64,000 nucleotides of DNA from an uncultured bacterium (GTDB lineage: Bacteria > Patescibacteriota > Dojkabacteria > J137), in the NCBI GenBank assembly GCA_963700155.1, contig OY969472.1:936690-1000689 (forward strand), given 5' to 3'. Under the pieces are notes generated by a model. It was not told where the DNA came from. It saw only the letters and a list, made by a program, of their open reading frames with translations, and did not search any database. Both the position numbers and the translations under genes were made by a program. Shown piece by piece: positions 27,573-37,524 of the stretch (positions within the stretch are counted from its first letter, which is position 1; each line of letters opens with the position of its first letter).

Positions 27573-27623
27573 CACGACAATCCCGATTAATCGGGACGCT
27601 CTACCAACTGAGCTACGACCACC
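27573..27623 (-). pseudogene. 5' fragment of a tRNA-His paralog: G-1, acceptor, D arm, an anticodon arm replaced by the perfect palindrome TCCCGATTAATCGGGA, variable region. The T arm is missing.
   Basis: About 85% identical to the intact tRNA-His 5' two-thirds. Ends at TTGTCGTG, then unrelated sequence. Confidence 0.5.
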
Positions 27624-27730
27624 ATCAATTTAGCTCTGTAATTATATCATCTAATATCCCCATAAATAAACCATTATAGGAGCTAAATAACTTACAAAAT
27701 GTTAGAATACATCATCATTATTAAACATTT

Positions 27731-28675
27731 ATGTTCAGAGATAAAGTAAAACTAAAATTTAAAGCAGGAAAAGGCGGAAATGGTATAGTCGCATATAATA
27801 AAGGTCGAATCCCGTATGGAGGTAGTGGTGGTGACGGAGGTGATGTTTATTTAGAAGGTTCTTCTAAGATATATGACTTGAGTTTTATTAATCAAGACTC
27901 AACCATTTCCGCCGAAGATGGGGCACCAGGTGGAATAAAAAATCTTCAAGGTAAAGATGGAAAAGATTTAATATTTAAATTGCCTTTAATAACACATGTC
28001 ATGGATTCCAATGGAAGATTAATCATGACATTAGATAAAGATGGTGAAAAAAAACTTTTGGAAAAAGGTGGCAAAGGAGGTCAAGGTAATTTTATGTTTA
28101 GACATGGTGTAGAGAATCATTCTAAGTCTACTCCTGGAATGTCCGGACAAGAATTAGATATTTCATTAAATCTGGAACTTTATAGTGATATTATTTTTAT
28201 TGGATTCCCTAATGCAGGCAAATCCTCTATCTTGAATGCCATTACTAACGCAAATTCAAAAGTTGCTTCTTATGCTTTTACGACTCTCGATCCTATTTTA
28301 GGGAGACTAAAAGGCATTACTTTGATGGATTTGCCAGGATTAATTGAAGGAACAAGCGAAGGTAAAGGACTTGGAACTAAGTTTGTTAAACATACAAAAG
28401 CTTCAAAGTTAGTGGCTCATGTAATTAGCTTAGAATCAGAAGATGTTAAGGTTGAATATACAAAAATGCGAGAAGAATTAAAAAGGATAGATCAATCTCT
28501 TTATGATAAGCCGGAAATAATAATTCTATCTAAATCAGATTTAGTTGATCCTGACAAAGTAAAGTCTTCAGTTAAAGCTTTAAAAAGTCTTAAAAAAGAA
28601 ACTCTTGTCTGCTCTGTGTATGATTATGACTCTTTAGAGCTTCTAAAAAAACTACTAGAAACACAGCTTTCCTAA
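27731..28675 (+). CDS. obg: Obg-family GTPase (short form).
   Basis: Gly-rich Obg fold KGGNGIVAYNKGRIPYGGSGGDGGDVY. G1 GFPNAGKSS, G3 DLPG, NK.D-like SKSD. Confidence 0.75.
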   Translation: MFRDKVKLKFKAGKGGNGIVAYNKGRIPYGGSGGDGGDVYLEGSSKIYDLSFINQDSTISAEDGAPGGIKNLQGKDGKDLIFKLPLITHVMDSNGRLIMTLDKDGEKKLLEKGGKGGQGNFMFRHGVENHSKSTPGMSGQELDISLNLELYSDIIFIGFPNAGKSSILNAITNANSKVASYAFTTLDPILGRLKGITLMDLPGLIEGTSEGKGLGTKFVKHTKASKLVAHVISLESEDVKVEYTKMREELKRIDQSLYDKPEIIILSKSDLVDPDKVKSSVKALKSLKKETLVCSVYDYDSLELLKKLLETQLS

Positions 28676-28750
28676 TCTTTTTTGTAACAGTTTTTCAATC
28701 ACAACGTATACATATTAGTAACAAACATTTTAGTTTTTATAATTTACAAG

Positions 28751-29452
28751 ATGAAAGTTCAATATGTCCTTATCGCATTAATTTTAATTATAGTTTTAAC
28801 TGGAAGTATTGGAACAGTAGCTGTTTCAGCTTCAACTGTTTCAAATCCTGGAGATTATTTGTATGGACTTGGTAAAACGATAGAGAATTTTCAAAGAAGT
28901 AATATTACTGATCCATTCCAAAAAGTACAGTTTGAAAACGAAATAATGAGAGAACGTCTTTCAGAATTAGATACTCTTCAACAATATAACAGCAACAATT
29001 TAAATTTAGGATTACAAGAAGTTGCAGGACAATATCAAAGATTGCAGCAATCAATAAAAGATTGTCCAAACTGTCAACCTGAACTTAAACAATCTTGTTT
29101 AGATTTAATTAAAACTTCAGCTTCAGCTACTGGTCAGATTATGAATCAAGCAAGGATAGGCAAAAATTCTGTCTTAGAAAATACTGCAATAGATCTTGAA
29201 ACAAAACTGCAAGATTACATAGCAACTGCTTTACCAAAAGCAAAAGTTCAACAAAAAAATCGTAATATTGAGCAACAAGCTGAAAATCAACAACCTACTG
29301 CAACTAACTATGTTCCTGCAGCTCCACAACCTATACAGCAAGTTCAGCAACCAGTTCAACAAGTTGTAAATGTACAACAAAGTTCAACTCAACCTCAGCC
29401 TAAGTATTATGAAGATGAATACTATGAAGCAGAAACAGAAAATAACGATTAA
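28751..29452 (+). CDS. Secreted/membrane-anchored protein, paralog of the extracytoplasmic domain of 31279..32184.
   Basis: Shared blocks GDYLYGLGKTIENFQRSNITDP / ENEIMRERLSELD / DCPNCQP with the anti-sigma-like protein. Confidence 0.45.
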   Translation: MKVQYVLIALILIIVLTGSIGTVAVSASTVSNPGDYLYGLGKTIENFQRSNITDPFQKVQFENEIMRERLSELDTLQQYNSNNLNLGLQEVAGQYQRLQQSIKDCPNCQPELKQSCLDLIKTSASATGQIMNQARIGKNSVLENTAIDLETKLQDYIATALPKAKVQQKNRNIEQQAENQQPTATNYVPAAPQPIQQVQQPVQQVVNVQQSSTQPQPKYYEDEYYEAETENND

Positions 29453-29532
29453 ATCCATATTCAATTCATATTGATTTCATTTAATCAAAATATAATCAAT
29501 TTTATTAATTAAAAATTGTTAGTTAGAAGTAT

Positions 29533-29928
29533 ATGAAACGAGAATCAGTAAAATTATCAATACCATTACTTATAGGAGGATTTATACTTGTAATCGCAAT
29601 GGGAGCCGGTGGAATAGCCTTGTCAGTTATTTCATCTGCTTTTGAAGGTAGAAATACATTTGCATCTACAGCCATTACATCTAACAATACCACAGACACA
29701 TCAGCACAAACCTCTGTTGTAAACCAAGATTCAACAACTAGTCCAGCCCCTAAAACTAATCAGAATAATACTTCACAGCCAGCTGTAACAACATCTCCAG
29801 TTGTGGCACAGCCGGCACCACAGCCAGCTCCTGCACCTGCACCACAACCTGCTCCTACACCGGCACCTACAATTGTAGGGACACCGATTATAACTTATCC
29901 TCCATCAAGAAGAAGTGGGGCATCATAA
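29533..29928 (+). CDS. Membrane-anchored Thr/Pro/Ala-rich protein with a PAPQPAPAPAP repeat tail.
   Basis: N-terminal TM segment and low-complexity P/A/T repeats at 29790..29880. Confidence 0.4.
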   Translation: MKRESVKLSIPLLIGGFILVIAMGAGGIALSVISSAFEGRNTFASTAITSNNTTDTSAQTSVVNQDSTTSPAPKTNQNNTSQPAVTTSPVVAQPAPQPAPAPAPQPAPTPAPTIVGTPIITYPPSRRSGAS

Positions 29929-29940
29929 AATTTAAACACT

Positions 29941-31266
29941 TTGAATATGAAAATTAGAAAAGATTACCTATTGTACTCGATAATAATAGCTTCTTTGCTT
30001 TTAGTTTTTATTCCTTCAACTAATTTTGTTCTTCAAGGAGGATTTACTTTACAAGATTCATTTTGGATTATCGGGTCAGTCACAGGATTGTTCGCGTTTG
30101 TATTATTCTTTTGGGAGTATGTTTTAAGTATAAGATCTGTTGTAAGTTATTTTACACAAGATGTTATCTCAGTCATAAATCTTCATAGATGGATTGGAAT
30201 TAATTCATTATTATTTATACTACTTCACCCTATAACTTTAATTTTAGATTCGATAATTAATCGAAATGAACTTTTAATAAAGATTATTCCTGTAAGTAAT
30301 TATGATGTTCAAGTTATTTATGGAGAAATAGTTTTTATTTTATTTTTTGTTATTTGGATTTCCAGCTATTTATCAAGAAAAAATCTTTCATTTAGATTTT
30401 GGAAGTTAGTGCATTATCTGACATATATTGTACTTCCCTTAACATTTATTCATGCTAATCAAATTGGTACTTTACTACAAAGTTCTTTTATAAGAGATTA
30501 CATAATATTCATGATGATTGTGTTTGTTCTTATTGTGATTTGGAGAGCTCTAGAATTTATTGGAGTTATGAGTGCTAAGTATACTATTAAATCTATCGAA
30601 TACGTAGGAAAAGATGTTATTCAGCTTGGCTTATCACCAATTGGAGATTATATAGAACCAAACAAAGGACAGTTTATCGATTTAAAACTTAGAAGATTTG
30701 GTGAAATTCATCCTTTCAGTGTTTTTTATTTTGACGAAGAGTCCAAAGATATATATCTAGCTATAAAAAAGGCTGGATCATTCACCTCAAGACTTGATAA
30801 TATGAAAATAGGTGATAGAGTTTTTGTTAAAGGTCCATATGGAATATTTACAAGAGAAGCTTATTTTCCTACTTCAAGAAAAGTTGTTTTGATTGCAGGG
30901 GGAATTGGAATAACTCCTTTTATAAGATTTATTGATCATATTAAAAAACATTACAGCAAATTTGATGAAGTTTATTTATTTTATGGGACAAAAACATTAG
31001 AAGAAATTTCATTTAGAAAGTATTTGGAATCACTTTCTCTTCCAAATTTAGAAGTAGTATTTTGTATGAGCAGAGAAAACGTAAAGTCTCCTTATGAAAA
31101 TGGGAGAATAAATATAAAGTTGATTAAGAAATATTTAAAGAATCAGTTATATAGATATCAGTATTTCATTTGTGGACCGCAACCGATGATGGATAGTGTA
31201 AACGCCGAACTCCTCTTTAATGGTGTAGACAATGATAATATCTACAAAGAGGAGTTCGGCTGGTAA
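29941..31266 (+). CDS. Ferric-reductase/NOX-like flavocytochrome (heme-binding TM domain plus FAD and NAD(P)H domains).
   Basis: Paired His in TM helices (HRWIGINSLLFILLH, HYLTYIVLPLTFIH). FAD motif HPFSV, GPYG, NAD motif IAGGIGITP. Confidence 0.65.
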   Translation: MNMKIRKDYLLYSIIIASLLLVFIPSTNFVLQGGFTLQDSFWIIGSVTGLFAFVLFFWEYVLSIRSVVSYFTQDVISVINLHRWIGINSLLFILLHPITLILDSIINRNELLIKIIPVSNYDVQVIYGEIVFILFFVIWISSYLSRKNLSFRFWKLVHYLTYIVLPLTFIHANQIGTLLQSSFIRDYIIFMMIVFVLIVIWRALEFIGVMSAKYTIKSIEYVGKDVIQLGLSPIGDYIEPNKGQFIDLKLRRFGEIHPFSVFYFDEESKDIYLAIKKAGSFTSRLDNMKIGDRVFVKGPYGIFTREAYFPTSRKVVLIAGGIGITPFIRFIDHIKKHYSKFDEVYLFYGTKTLEEISFRKYLESLSLPNLEVVFCMSRENVKSPYENGRINIKLIKKYLKNQLYRYQYFICGPQPMMDSVNAELLFNGVDNDNIYKEEFGW

Positions 31267-31278
31267 GTTTTTAAGAAT

Positions 31279-32184
31279 TTAATCTTCTTTATGCTCCTGA
31301 TCTTGTTCCTTTTGCTGTTCCTGCTCTTGAGTTTTCTTCTTTTCTTCTTGTTGTTGTTCAAGCTGCTGTTTCTGTTGCTCTTGTTGCTGTTCTAGTTGCT
31401 GCTTTTGTTGTTCCTGTTGCAATTCCAGTTGCTGTTTCTCAGATTCAGATAGATTATTCTGTTCTGCAGCATTTTTCTGTTGCTCCTGTTGTTGCTCTAA
31501 TTGTTGTTTTTGCTGCTCTTGTTCTAGTTCAAGATTTCTTTTTTGAATTTGAAGAACATGTTCTTGTGCCTTGTTTTCAAGGCTTAGTGCCTCACTTTCT
31601 AATTCTGAATCATTGTTTTCTTGTGCTCTTGTTCTAATTTGATTTGCAGTATTACCAACATAGTTTATTAAATCTTCACTCTCTTGTTCTAAATGAGGAT
31701 CACAGTTTGTACAATCCTGTAGTCTTGTTGTTAATCTATCTTGTTGTTCAGAAACTTCTTTTACACCAAGTGTTAAATTTGAACTATTATTTTGTTGAAG
31801 GTAATCTAATTCTGAAAGACGTTCTCTCATTACCTCATTTTCATAGCTTACTAATTGAATAGGATCATTAATATTGCTTCTTTCAATACTCTCAATTGAT
31901 TTGTCTAATCCAAATAAAGGATCACCTGCATTGGAATTCTTTGCTGCTTGAACTGTTATTGCTCCTAAACTACTTAGTATCACTAGTGCTGATATAATGG
32001 ATGCTAAAACTAATTTACCTTTCATAAAAATCTGACTTAAAAAATTAAATTGCTTTGGATTTTCATCCATAGCGTTCATCTTAGAAATTATTTGATTGCG
32101 AGTATTATTAACCCAGTGCGCATCTGGAGTAACATTGATACCCGTTAAGATGTCTTTTAGTTGTTTTTCATTAATTTGTTTCAT
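31279..32184 (-). CDS. Anti-sigma-factor-like membrane protein with a Gln/Glu-rich repeat tail. Cytoplasmic N-terminal domain, TM, extracytoplasmic domain.
   Basis: Overlaps the 3' end of the ECF sigma gene by 14 nt on the same strand. Topology is typical of anti-sigma factors. QQEQQKQQLEQQQ repeats at 31300..31540. Confidence 0.45.
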   Translation of the reverse strand: MKQINEKQLKDILTGINVTPDAHWVNNTRNQIISKMNAMDENPKQFNFLSQIFMKGKLVLASIISALVILSSLGAITVQAAKNSNAGDPLFGLDKSIESIERSNINDPIQLVSYENEVMRERLSELDYLQQNNSSNLTLGVKEVSEQQDRLTTRLQDCTNCDPHLEQESEDLINYVGNTANQIRTRAQENNDSELESEALSLENKAQEHVLQIQKRNLELEQEQQKQQLEQQQEQQKNAAEQNNLSESEKQQLELQQEQQKQQLEQQQEQQKQQLEQQQEEKKKTQEQEQQKEQDQEHKED

Positions 32185-32665
32185 TTACTAATTTTTTTAA
32201 TTTATTTAAAGTTCGATGAATAAATACTCTTACTGCTATGTAATTTTTTTGAATTATATTCGCAATTTCTTTATCAGAAAATTCATAAACATATTTATAT
32301 ATAATAATTTCTTTTTCTTTTTCTTTTAATAATTCCATTTTCATTAAAATGAATTCAGTTAATTCTTTATTTTCTGGTTCTATCCCAATCTCTTCAATTT
32401 GATCAATATTATAAATTCTTTGTTTATTAATCCTGTAAAAATCAATAATCTGATTATGGGCAATTCTAAAGAGCCATGTTTTTATACTTGCTTTTTTATT
32501 ATCAAAATCTTTAAATTTCTTTAGTGCTTTATAAAAAACTTCTTGCGTTAAGTCTTCTGCTGTTTCCTTTACAAAACCGGTTCTTAAATATATGTATTTG
32601 TAAATCAACGCGTTATGTTTATTGAACACATCCAGAAAATTCAAATCTTCATTTTTTGGATTCAT
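32171..32665 (-). CDS. ECF-type sigma-70 family RNA polymerase sigma factor.
   Basis: Region 2 DLTQEVFYKALKKF..WLFRIAHNQIIDFYR. Region 4 HTH SDKEIANIIQKNYIAVRVFIHRTLNKLKK. Confidence 0.7.
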   Translation of the reverse strand: MNPKNEDLNFLDVFNKHNALIYKYIYLRTGFVKETAEDLTQEVFYKALKKFKDFDNKKASIKTWLFRIAHNQIIDFYRINKQRIYNIDQIEEIGIEPENKELTEFILMKMELLKEKEKEIIIYKYVYEFSDKEIANIIQKNYIAVRVFIHRTLNKLKKLVNETN

Positions 32666-32748
32666 AAATTTTATTTATCTAACTATATATACGTATTTAC
32701 AATATAAATGTTACAGGAATATTAAAATTTTCTAAAGAAGTAAATATG

Positions 32749-34215
32749 TTATTGTAGTTTTTCTAGAGAATCATCTGGAAGCTGTCGGTAATACCCTGCA
32801 CCATCTGGACCTGTAGAGCTCCAAGAATTGAGGGGTACATCATATTTATCTCCAGTGCTTGGAGATTCGACAGTTTCAAAGCCAAGCATTGCATCTTCCC
32901 AATACTGACTGGATTCATCACTAACAGAATCAGCATAGCTGGTATCTGATGTTATTGAAGTTCCGGAACTTTCAAGGGGTCTGTTTGGTGGTAATAAAGT
33001 ATTACTTCTGGTAGCACCGATGTTTGTTATCTGTACTGAATCTTGCATAATTTGTAAAGTACTTTTAGCGCCATCCCATTCTGAAGGAGTTGCAACTTCA
33101 ATACCCCAGAATGCTGATGAATAATGAGGACCTATCCCAACATAAGGAGTATTATAAATTCCAACTGTTACTTTACCTTTGACATCAATATACCCATTTA
33201 ATAACCCAGTGAAGTCAAACTCTTGAATATCTTGGCCATCAATGGGAGATGTTATATTTTTTGCACTTCCTAGACTAAGATTTTGAATTTTAGCGAATTC
33301 TGGGAGAGCTTTTTCAGCCCATGACTTTGGAGTGTAACTTCCATTCATTCCAGTAACATAAGCATAACTGAACCCAGCGTTTCCATCTGATCTAGTTAAA
33401 TCTATTCCACTGTCAGTTTCAGCATTAACAGTAAAGTTTGAAGGTTTAGACAATTTAAAATATTTCCCATTATAAACTTCGAACCCTGTTGCTGTTTTCT
33501 CTGAAGTAACACCTGTACTGGATTTTGTTTCTGCAGCTTTTAGTACTTCAGGTGTTAGAATTTTAGTTCTACCAAAACAATCTACAATTTGTGTCAAAGT
33601 TGTTTCTTTTTTAGAATAGTCTGCGACAGGAGCCCAGTAAGATTTTAGGATTACGAATCCTTCACTCTTTTCTACTTTCATAACCCCTTTCATAGAGTCA
33701 CTACCGATTGTCGCAGATATATCCCCAGATGCAGTTGTATCATCTGAAATAATATTTTCTATATTAAATGTACCTTTCACATCAGTTATGGTTTTGTTAA
33801 ATATTGTACTAAATTTATCCAAAAAATCTTTAGGACTTAGATCCTGTTCCAATTTAGCAGTATAAAGAAATGCTGCTGTTGTATTGCTTGAATCCTGCAT
33901 TATTGAGACTGTCCCATTATCTACTTCATAAATCCAGCCGTTTGGAACTCCGATCGAAAATGCACTTGCATCAAAATTTACAACTGGTAACGTGCATGTA
34001 GGATTATCATTTTTTACAGTAGTATCTACTACTCGTGATTGAGATGAATTTTGGGAAGTATTCAATATACTTGAACCAGTATTAAGCAATGCATAAGCAA
34101 CGACTAAAAATATGACACAGAGTAAAAGTATAACGATAATTGCAGCTATTTTAAAAAAAGGCTTATGCCATAGTGACTTTAAATTAACACCAGAAGTGTT
34201 GTTTTCTTTTTCCAA
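32749..34215 (-). CDS. Secreted hypothetical protein with an N-terminal signal anchor.
   Basis: ORF with an N-terminal TM segment. No motif. Confidence 0.45.
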   Translation of the reverse strand: MEKENNTSGVNLKSLWHKPFFKIAAIIVILLLCVIFLVVAYALLNTGSSILNTSQNSSQSRVVDTTVKNDNPTCTLPVVNFDASAFSIGVPNGWIYEVDNGTVSIMQDSSNTTAAFLYTAKLEQDLSPKDFLDKFSTIFNKTITDVKGTFNIENIISDDTTASGDISATIGSDSMKGVMKVEKSEGFVILKSYWAPVADYSKKETTLTQIVDCFGRTKILTPEVLKAAETKSSTGVTSEKTATGFEVYNGKYFKLSKPSNFTVNAETDSGIDLTRSDGNAGFSYAYVTGMNGSYTPKSWAEKALPEFAKIQNLSLGSAKNITSPIDGQDIQEFDFTGLLNGYIDVKGKVTVGIYNTPYVGIGPHYSSAFWGIEVATPSEWDGAKSTLQIMQDSVQITNIGATRSNTLLPPNRPLESSGTSITSDTSYADSVSDESSQYWEDAMLGFETVESPSTGDKYDVPLNSWSSTGPDGAGYYRQLPDDSLEKLQ

Positions 34216-34333
34216 TCTTGGTTCTTGAAATTTATTAACTATTTATTCTATTCTTTTCATTTGCTGAATTCAATAATTTTTTAAGTTTGTAAAATTATGT
34301 ATACTTCTAATAATTAATTTTATTTTTTTAATT

Positions 34334-34774
34334 ATGAATACATTAATTTATTTTATTTTTATTATTATTGCGGCTTTATTTTTAGCTCTTGCCGAAATTC
34401 AGATTGAAGGTGAATTTGGTTGGGCAAAAAAACTACCAACATGGAGAAAAAAAATTGCGTTTGGACCAATAAAATTTGAATTGACTGGATATCATCTTTT
34501 CTTTTTTAGCTTTATTATTTTTATTCTTCATTTTAGATTCGCTTTTCAGGTATGGACATTAAAAGATGAATTATATACTTTGGCAGCCTATCTTTTTATT
34601 GTGATTTTGGAGGACTTTTTCTGGTTTGTATTCAATCCGCACTATGGGTTAAAGAAATATAATAAAAAATATGTTTATTGGTTTAAAAGCTGGTTTTTAG
34701 GATTTCCCTCATTTTATTTTATGGTTCTTCCAATTGGGATTATTCTTTTGCTTGTAGCACAAGGCATTTCGTAA
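34334..34774 (+). CDS. Small polytopic membrane protein, paralog of 46502..46963.
   Basis: Shared motif EIQIEG(E/K)FGWA(K/A)KLPTWR. Confidence 0.45.
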   Translation: MNTLIYFIFIIIAALFLALAEIQIEGEFGWAKKLPTWRKKIAFGPIKFELTGYHLFFFSFIIFILHFRFAFQVWTLKDELYTLAAYLFIVILEDFFWFVFNPHYGLKKYNKKYVYWFKSWFLGFPSFYFMVLPIGIILLLVAQGIS

Positions 34775-34783
34775 TGCTATAAT

Positions 34784-35104
34784 TTGTCGTTGCTAAATGG
34801 AGGCGAAATAATGTTCTTTAAATCGTTGTTTGCAGGAGTGGGAAATTTCCTGCACGAGCTGTTAGACCTCCTTGATACTCCTGTAGAGGAGTTAGAGGAT
34901 ATGCATGTGTCTTTGGGTCAGTTTGTTCCAGAGATACATACAGATATCAACGGAAAGGAGCTTCCGCTTGGGGTAACCCGAGGGATGCTCATCGATGGCA
35001 TTTGGAACGGTCATGGTCATGACTGTCCATGTCACGATTGCTTTATCAAATATCGTTTTGAAGGTAATTGGCTCGTCGGTGTTAAGGATCATCGCTCCCT
35101 ATAG
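34784..35104 (+). CDS. Hypothetical ORF inside high-GC islet 1.
   Basis: About 45-50% GC against a 30% background. Ends ...GHGHDCPCHDCF... Coding status is uncertain. Confidence 0.25.
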   Translation: MSLLNGGEIMFFKSLFAGVGNFLHELLDLLDTPVEELEDMHVSLGQFVPEIHTDINGKELPLGVTRGMLIDGIWNGHGHDCPCHDCFIKYRFEGNWLVGVKDHRSL

Positions 35105-35143
35105 CATTGCGGGGCGCTCCATCTGTTAAGATCTATTATTTAG

Positions 35144-35174
35144 TCTTTGCAGAAAAACGGAGGCCCTGCAAAGA
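35144..35174. terminator. Hairpin tctttgcag-N13-ctgcaaaga, 4 nt beyond the 3' end of the minus-strand P-type ATPase gene.
   Basis: 9-bp perfect stem. No clear U-tract. Confidence 0.3.
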
Positions 35175-35178
35175 CCAT

Positions 35179-37524
35179 TTACTCTCTATAAAACTTTATC
35201 TTCGCAACCTCCCCAATCTGCATCCAGAAGAATGACCAAACCCAAACAAATATTATTAAATCTATGTTTATTCGTCCCGGCATTAAAAAGCCTGTGAATG
35301 CTAATAAAGAAGCGAATAACTGAGTCCCTAATGTAGCAAATATAACAATTTTACTTGGAAGATATTTGTACCATCTTTCTTTGGTTCTCGCGATGTAAAT
35401 TAATAAATGTCCAGAAACTGTTAATTTTAAAAAGAACATTGTCTGAACAATCGCCCAATCTAAATTGAAGAGATATTTTGCAAGAATAAATAGTCCCATG
35501 CTATTTACTACTCCAACTAATCCCCATATTGAACTCATTGCAAATCTTTTTTTTAAATGTAAATGAGAAGGCTTATTTACAGCCCTTACTCTGTCAAACG
35601 CAAGCGAAATTATCGGGATGTCATTTAATAATGCTAATAGAATGATTTGTAAAGGTGTCAAAGGATAATCTCCTACAAGAATTCCTAACAATAAAATTGT
35701 AAGAATAAGTCTAAAACTTTCTGAAATTCTATATTGTGCGTAGGCAGAAAGTCTTGCAAAGATCTTTCTGCTTTCAATAATTGCATCTTTAATAACTGCT
35801 ATTCCATCTGATAACAAGACAATATCAGCAGCTGACTTTAAAGAACTGACAGCTGAGGCGACGGCGATTCCAACGTTTGAAGCGAGAATCGCAGGAATAT
35901 CATTTACGCCGTCGCCATTTGCAGAAACTACATAATATTGCTCAGCATTTTTTACTAATTTATATTTATCATCTGGAAGGACCTCAGCGAACGCTGAGGT
36001 CCCTTCATAATCTTTTTTTTCTAACTTCATATTTTCTTCCAGTTCACTTTTCTTTAAAACATTACCTTCCATTCCAAGTTGTCTTGAAATTTCCTTTGCA
36101 ATCAATACGTTATCTCCTGTTACCATAACTGTTTTAATTTGATTTTCACCTAAAAATTTCAATACGTCTGCAGCATCTTCTCTCAAAGTATCTGAGAGCG
36201 CCATTACACCTGCCATCTTAAGTTCACTTTCATCTTTTACATTTTCACCAATAGCTACTGCAAGCGCTCTGTATCCTTTTTCTGCAAATTCTTCTACATC
36301 CTTATCAAAATTAGTTTTTTCATAACTTTCCTTTTTAATTAAATTTTTAATAATTTGTGGTGCACCGATAGCTACTGTGATTTGATATTTATCAGCTTTA
36401 ATTATTAATGAACTATGTTTTCTTTCAGAATCTGCTGGAATAAAATTCACCACCTCTGCTTTGAGTTCTTTTAAAGCACTACTTCGAAAATTATGAATAA
36501 TGGCTCTATTAATTGGATTATCAGCATCTTTAGAAGCAGAGATAAATGATAATTGTAAAATATCTATATTACTAAAGTCATTATAAGTTTTAAGATCATA
36601 GATGTTTATCTCGTTTTTAGTTAATGTACCGGTTTTATCTGTTAGTAATAAATCTACATTAGATAATTCCTCTAAAGCTGATAATCTTCTTACAATAACT
36701 TTTTTCTTATATAAATTAATTGCTCCAAACTCAATTATTAAAGTCATAACAGTCGTTAAGCTAATAGGAATCCCAGCAATTACGATACTTAAATCTAGTG
36801 TTAGAAGTTCAACAAGCGGTTTTTCTTTAATTAAAAAATATAAATTGAGTAATACAACAGAAACAAGGCTAATAATTGTTAAATACTTTGCAATATTTAA
36901 AATATCTTTTTCTAAAATACTTTTTTTTGTAATTTCATTAACTTTTTTTACAGATTGAGCGAGATAAGTATTTAATCCAGTTTCTGTAACTTTGATTGTA
37001 CATTGTCCTGTAGTCAAAAATGAACCCGAGAATAATTTATCATCAACTTTTTTATCTACAGGTAAAGATTCACCTGTTAAAGTTGATTCGTTAATACTAA
37101 GATTTGATTCTTTTAATACCTTCGCATCTGCGGGAACAACGTCACCTATATTTAATTCAACGATATCATCAGGAACTAATTCTTTAGAATCAATTTTATC
37201 CCATTTCCCATCTCTTATGACTTCCACATAACTAATAATTTCTTTGTTTAATTCTTTGACTGCATTATCCGCCTTATTTTCCTGCCATAAGGTTATGGCA
37301 ATATTAAGCATCATTAAAATTATGATAAAAGTGAAGTCAAAAATTTTATTTGAATATAGAGATAATAAAGCTGCTGCTAAAAGCATTAAGGTTATTGGAG
37401 AAACGATTTGTTTAACTATTTTACGTATAAATTTATTATTTTTTTCAGGAATCTCATTTAAACCGAACTTTTTCTTTCGTTCTATAACTTCCTGCTGCTT
37501 TAATCCAGTTTCTTGAATATCCAT
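35179..37524 (-). CDS. Cation-transporting P-type ATPase (P2/P3-type).
   Basis: DKTGTLT phosphorylation motif. TGDN, GDGVNDIPAIL hinge, 8-10 TM segments. Confidence 0.85.
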   Translation of the reverse strand: MDIQETGLKQQEVIERKKKFGLNEIPEKNNKFIRKIVKQIVSPITLMLLAAALLSLYSNKIFDFTFIIILMMLNIAITLWQENKADNAVKELNKEIISYVEVIRDGKWDKIDSKELVPDDIVELNIGDVVPADAKVLKESNLSINESTLTGESLPVDKKVDDKLFSGSFLTTGQCTIKVTETGLNTYLAQSVKKVNEITKKSILEKDILNIAKYLTIISLVSVVLLNLYFLIKEKPLVELLTLDLSIVIAGIPISLTTVMTLIIEFGAINLYKKKVIVRRLSALEELSNVDLLLTDKTGTLTKNEINIYDLKTYNDFSNIDILQLSFISASKDADNPINRAIIHNFRSSALKELKAEVVNFIPADSERKHSSLIIKADKYQITVAIGAPQIIKNLIKKESYEKTNFDKDVEEFAEKGYRALAVAIGENVKDESELKMAGVMALSDTLREDAADVLKFLGENQIKTVMVTGDNVLIAKEISRQLGMEGNVLKKSELEENMKLEKKDYEGTSAFAEVLPDDKYKLVKNAEQYYVVSANGDGVNDIPAILASNVGIAVASAVSSLKSAADIVLLSDGIAVIKDAIIESRKIFARLSAYAQYRISESFRLILTILLLGILVGDYPLTPLQIILLALLNDIPIISLAFDRVRAVNKPSHLHLKKRFAMSSIWGLVGVVNSMGLFILAKYLFNLDWAIVQTMFFLKLTVSGHLLIYIARTKERWYKYLPSKIVIFATLGTQLFASLLAFTGFLMPGRINIDLIIFVWVWSFFWMQIGEVAKIKFYRE

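Noticed and set aside
27573-27623. Possibility that the 5' tRNA-His-like fragment is an independent intron-containing or split tRNA gene.
   Set aside because: It has no T arm within about 150 nt on its own strand. Its anticodon arm is a perfect palindrome with a 6-nt loop. Its only matching 3' acceptor strand lies on the far side of the intact tRNA-His. A disrupted paralog explains this better.
31300-31540. Tandem nucleotide repeats (ttgctg/ttgttg units), and similar P/A repeats at 29790..29880, as a standalone repeat or satellite element.
   Set aside because: They are in-frame coding low-complexity (QQEQQK and PAPAPQ) within clear ORFs, not an independent repeat element.
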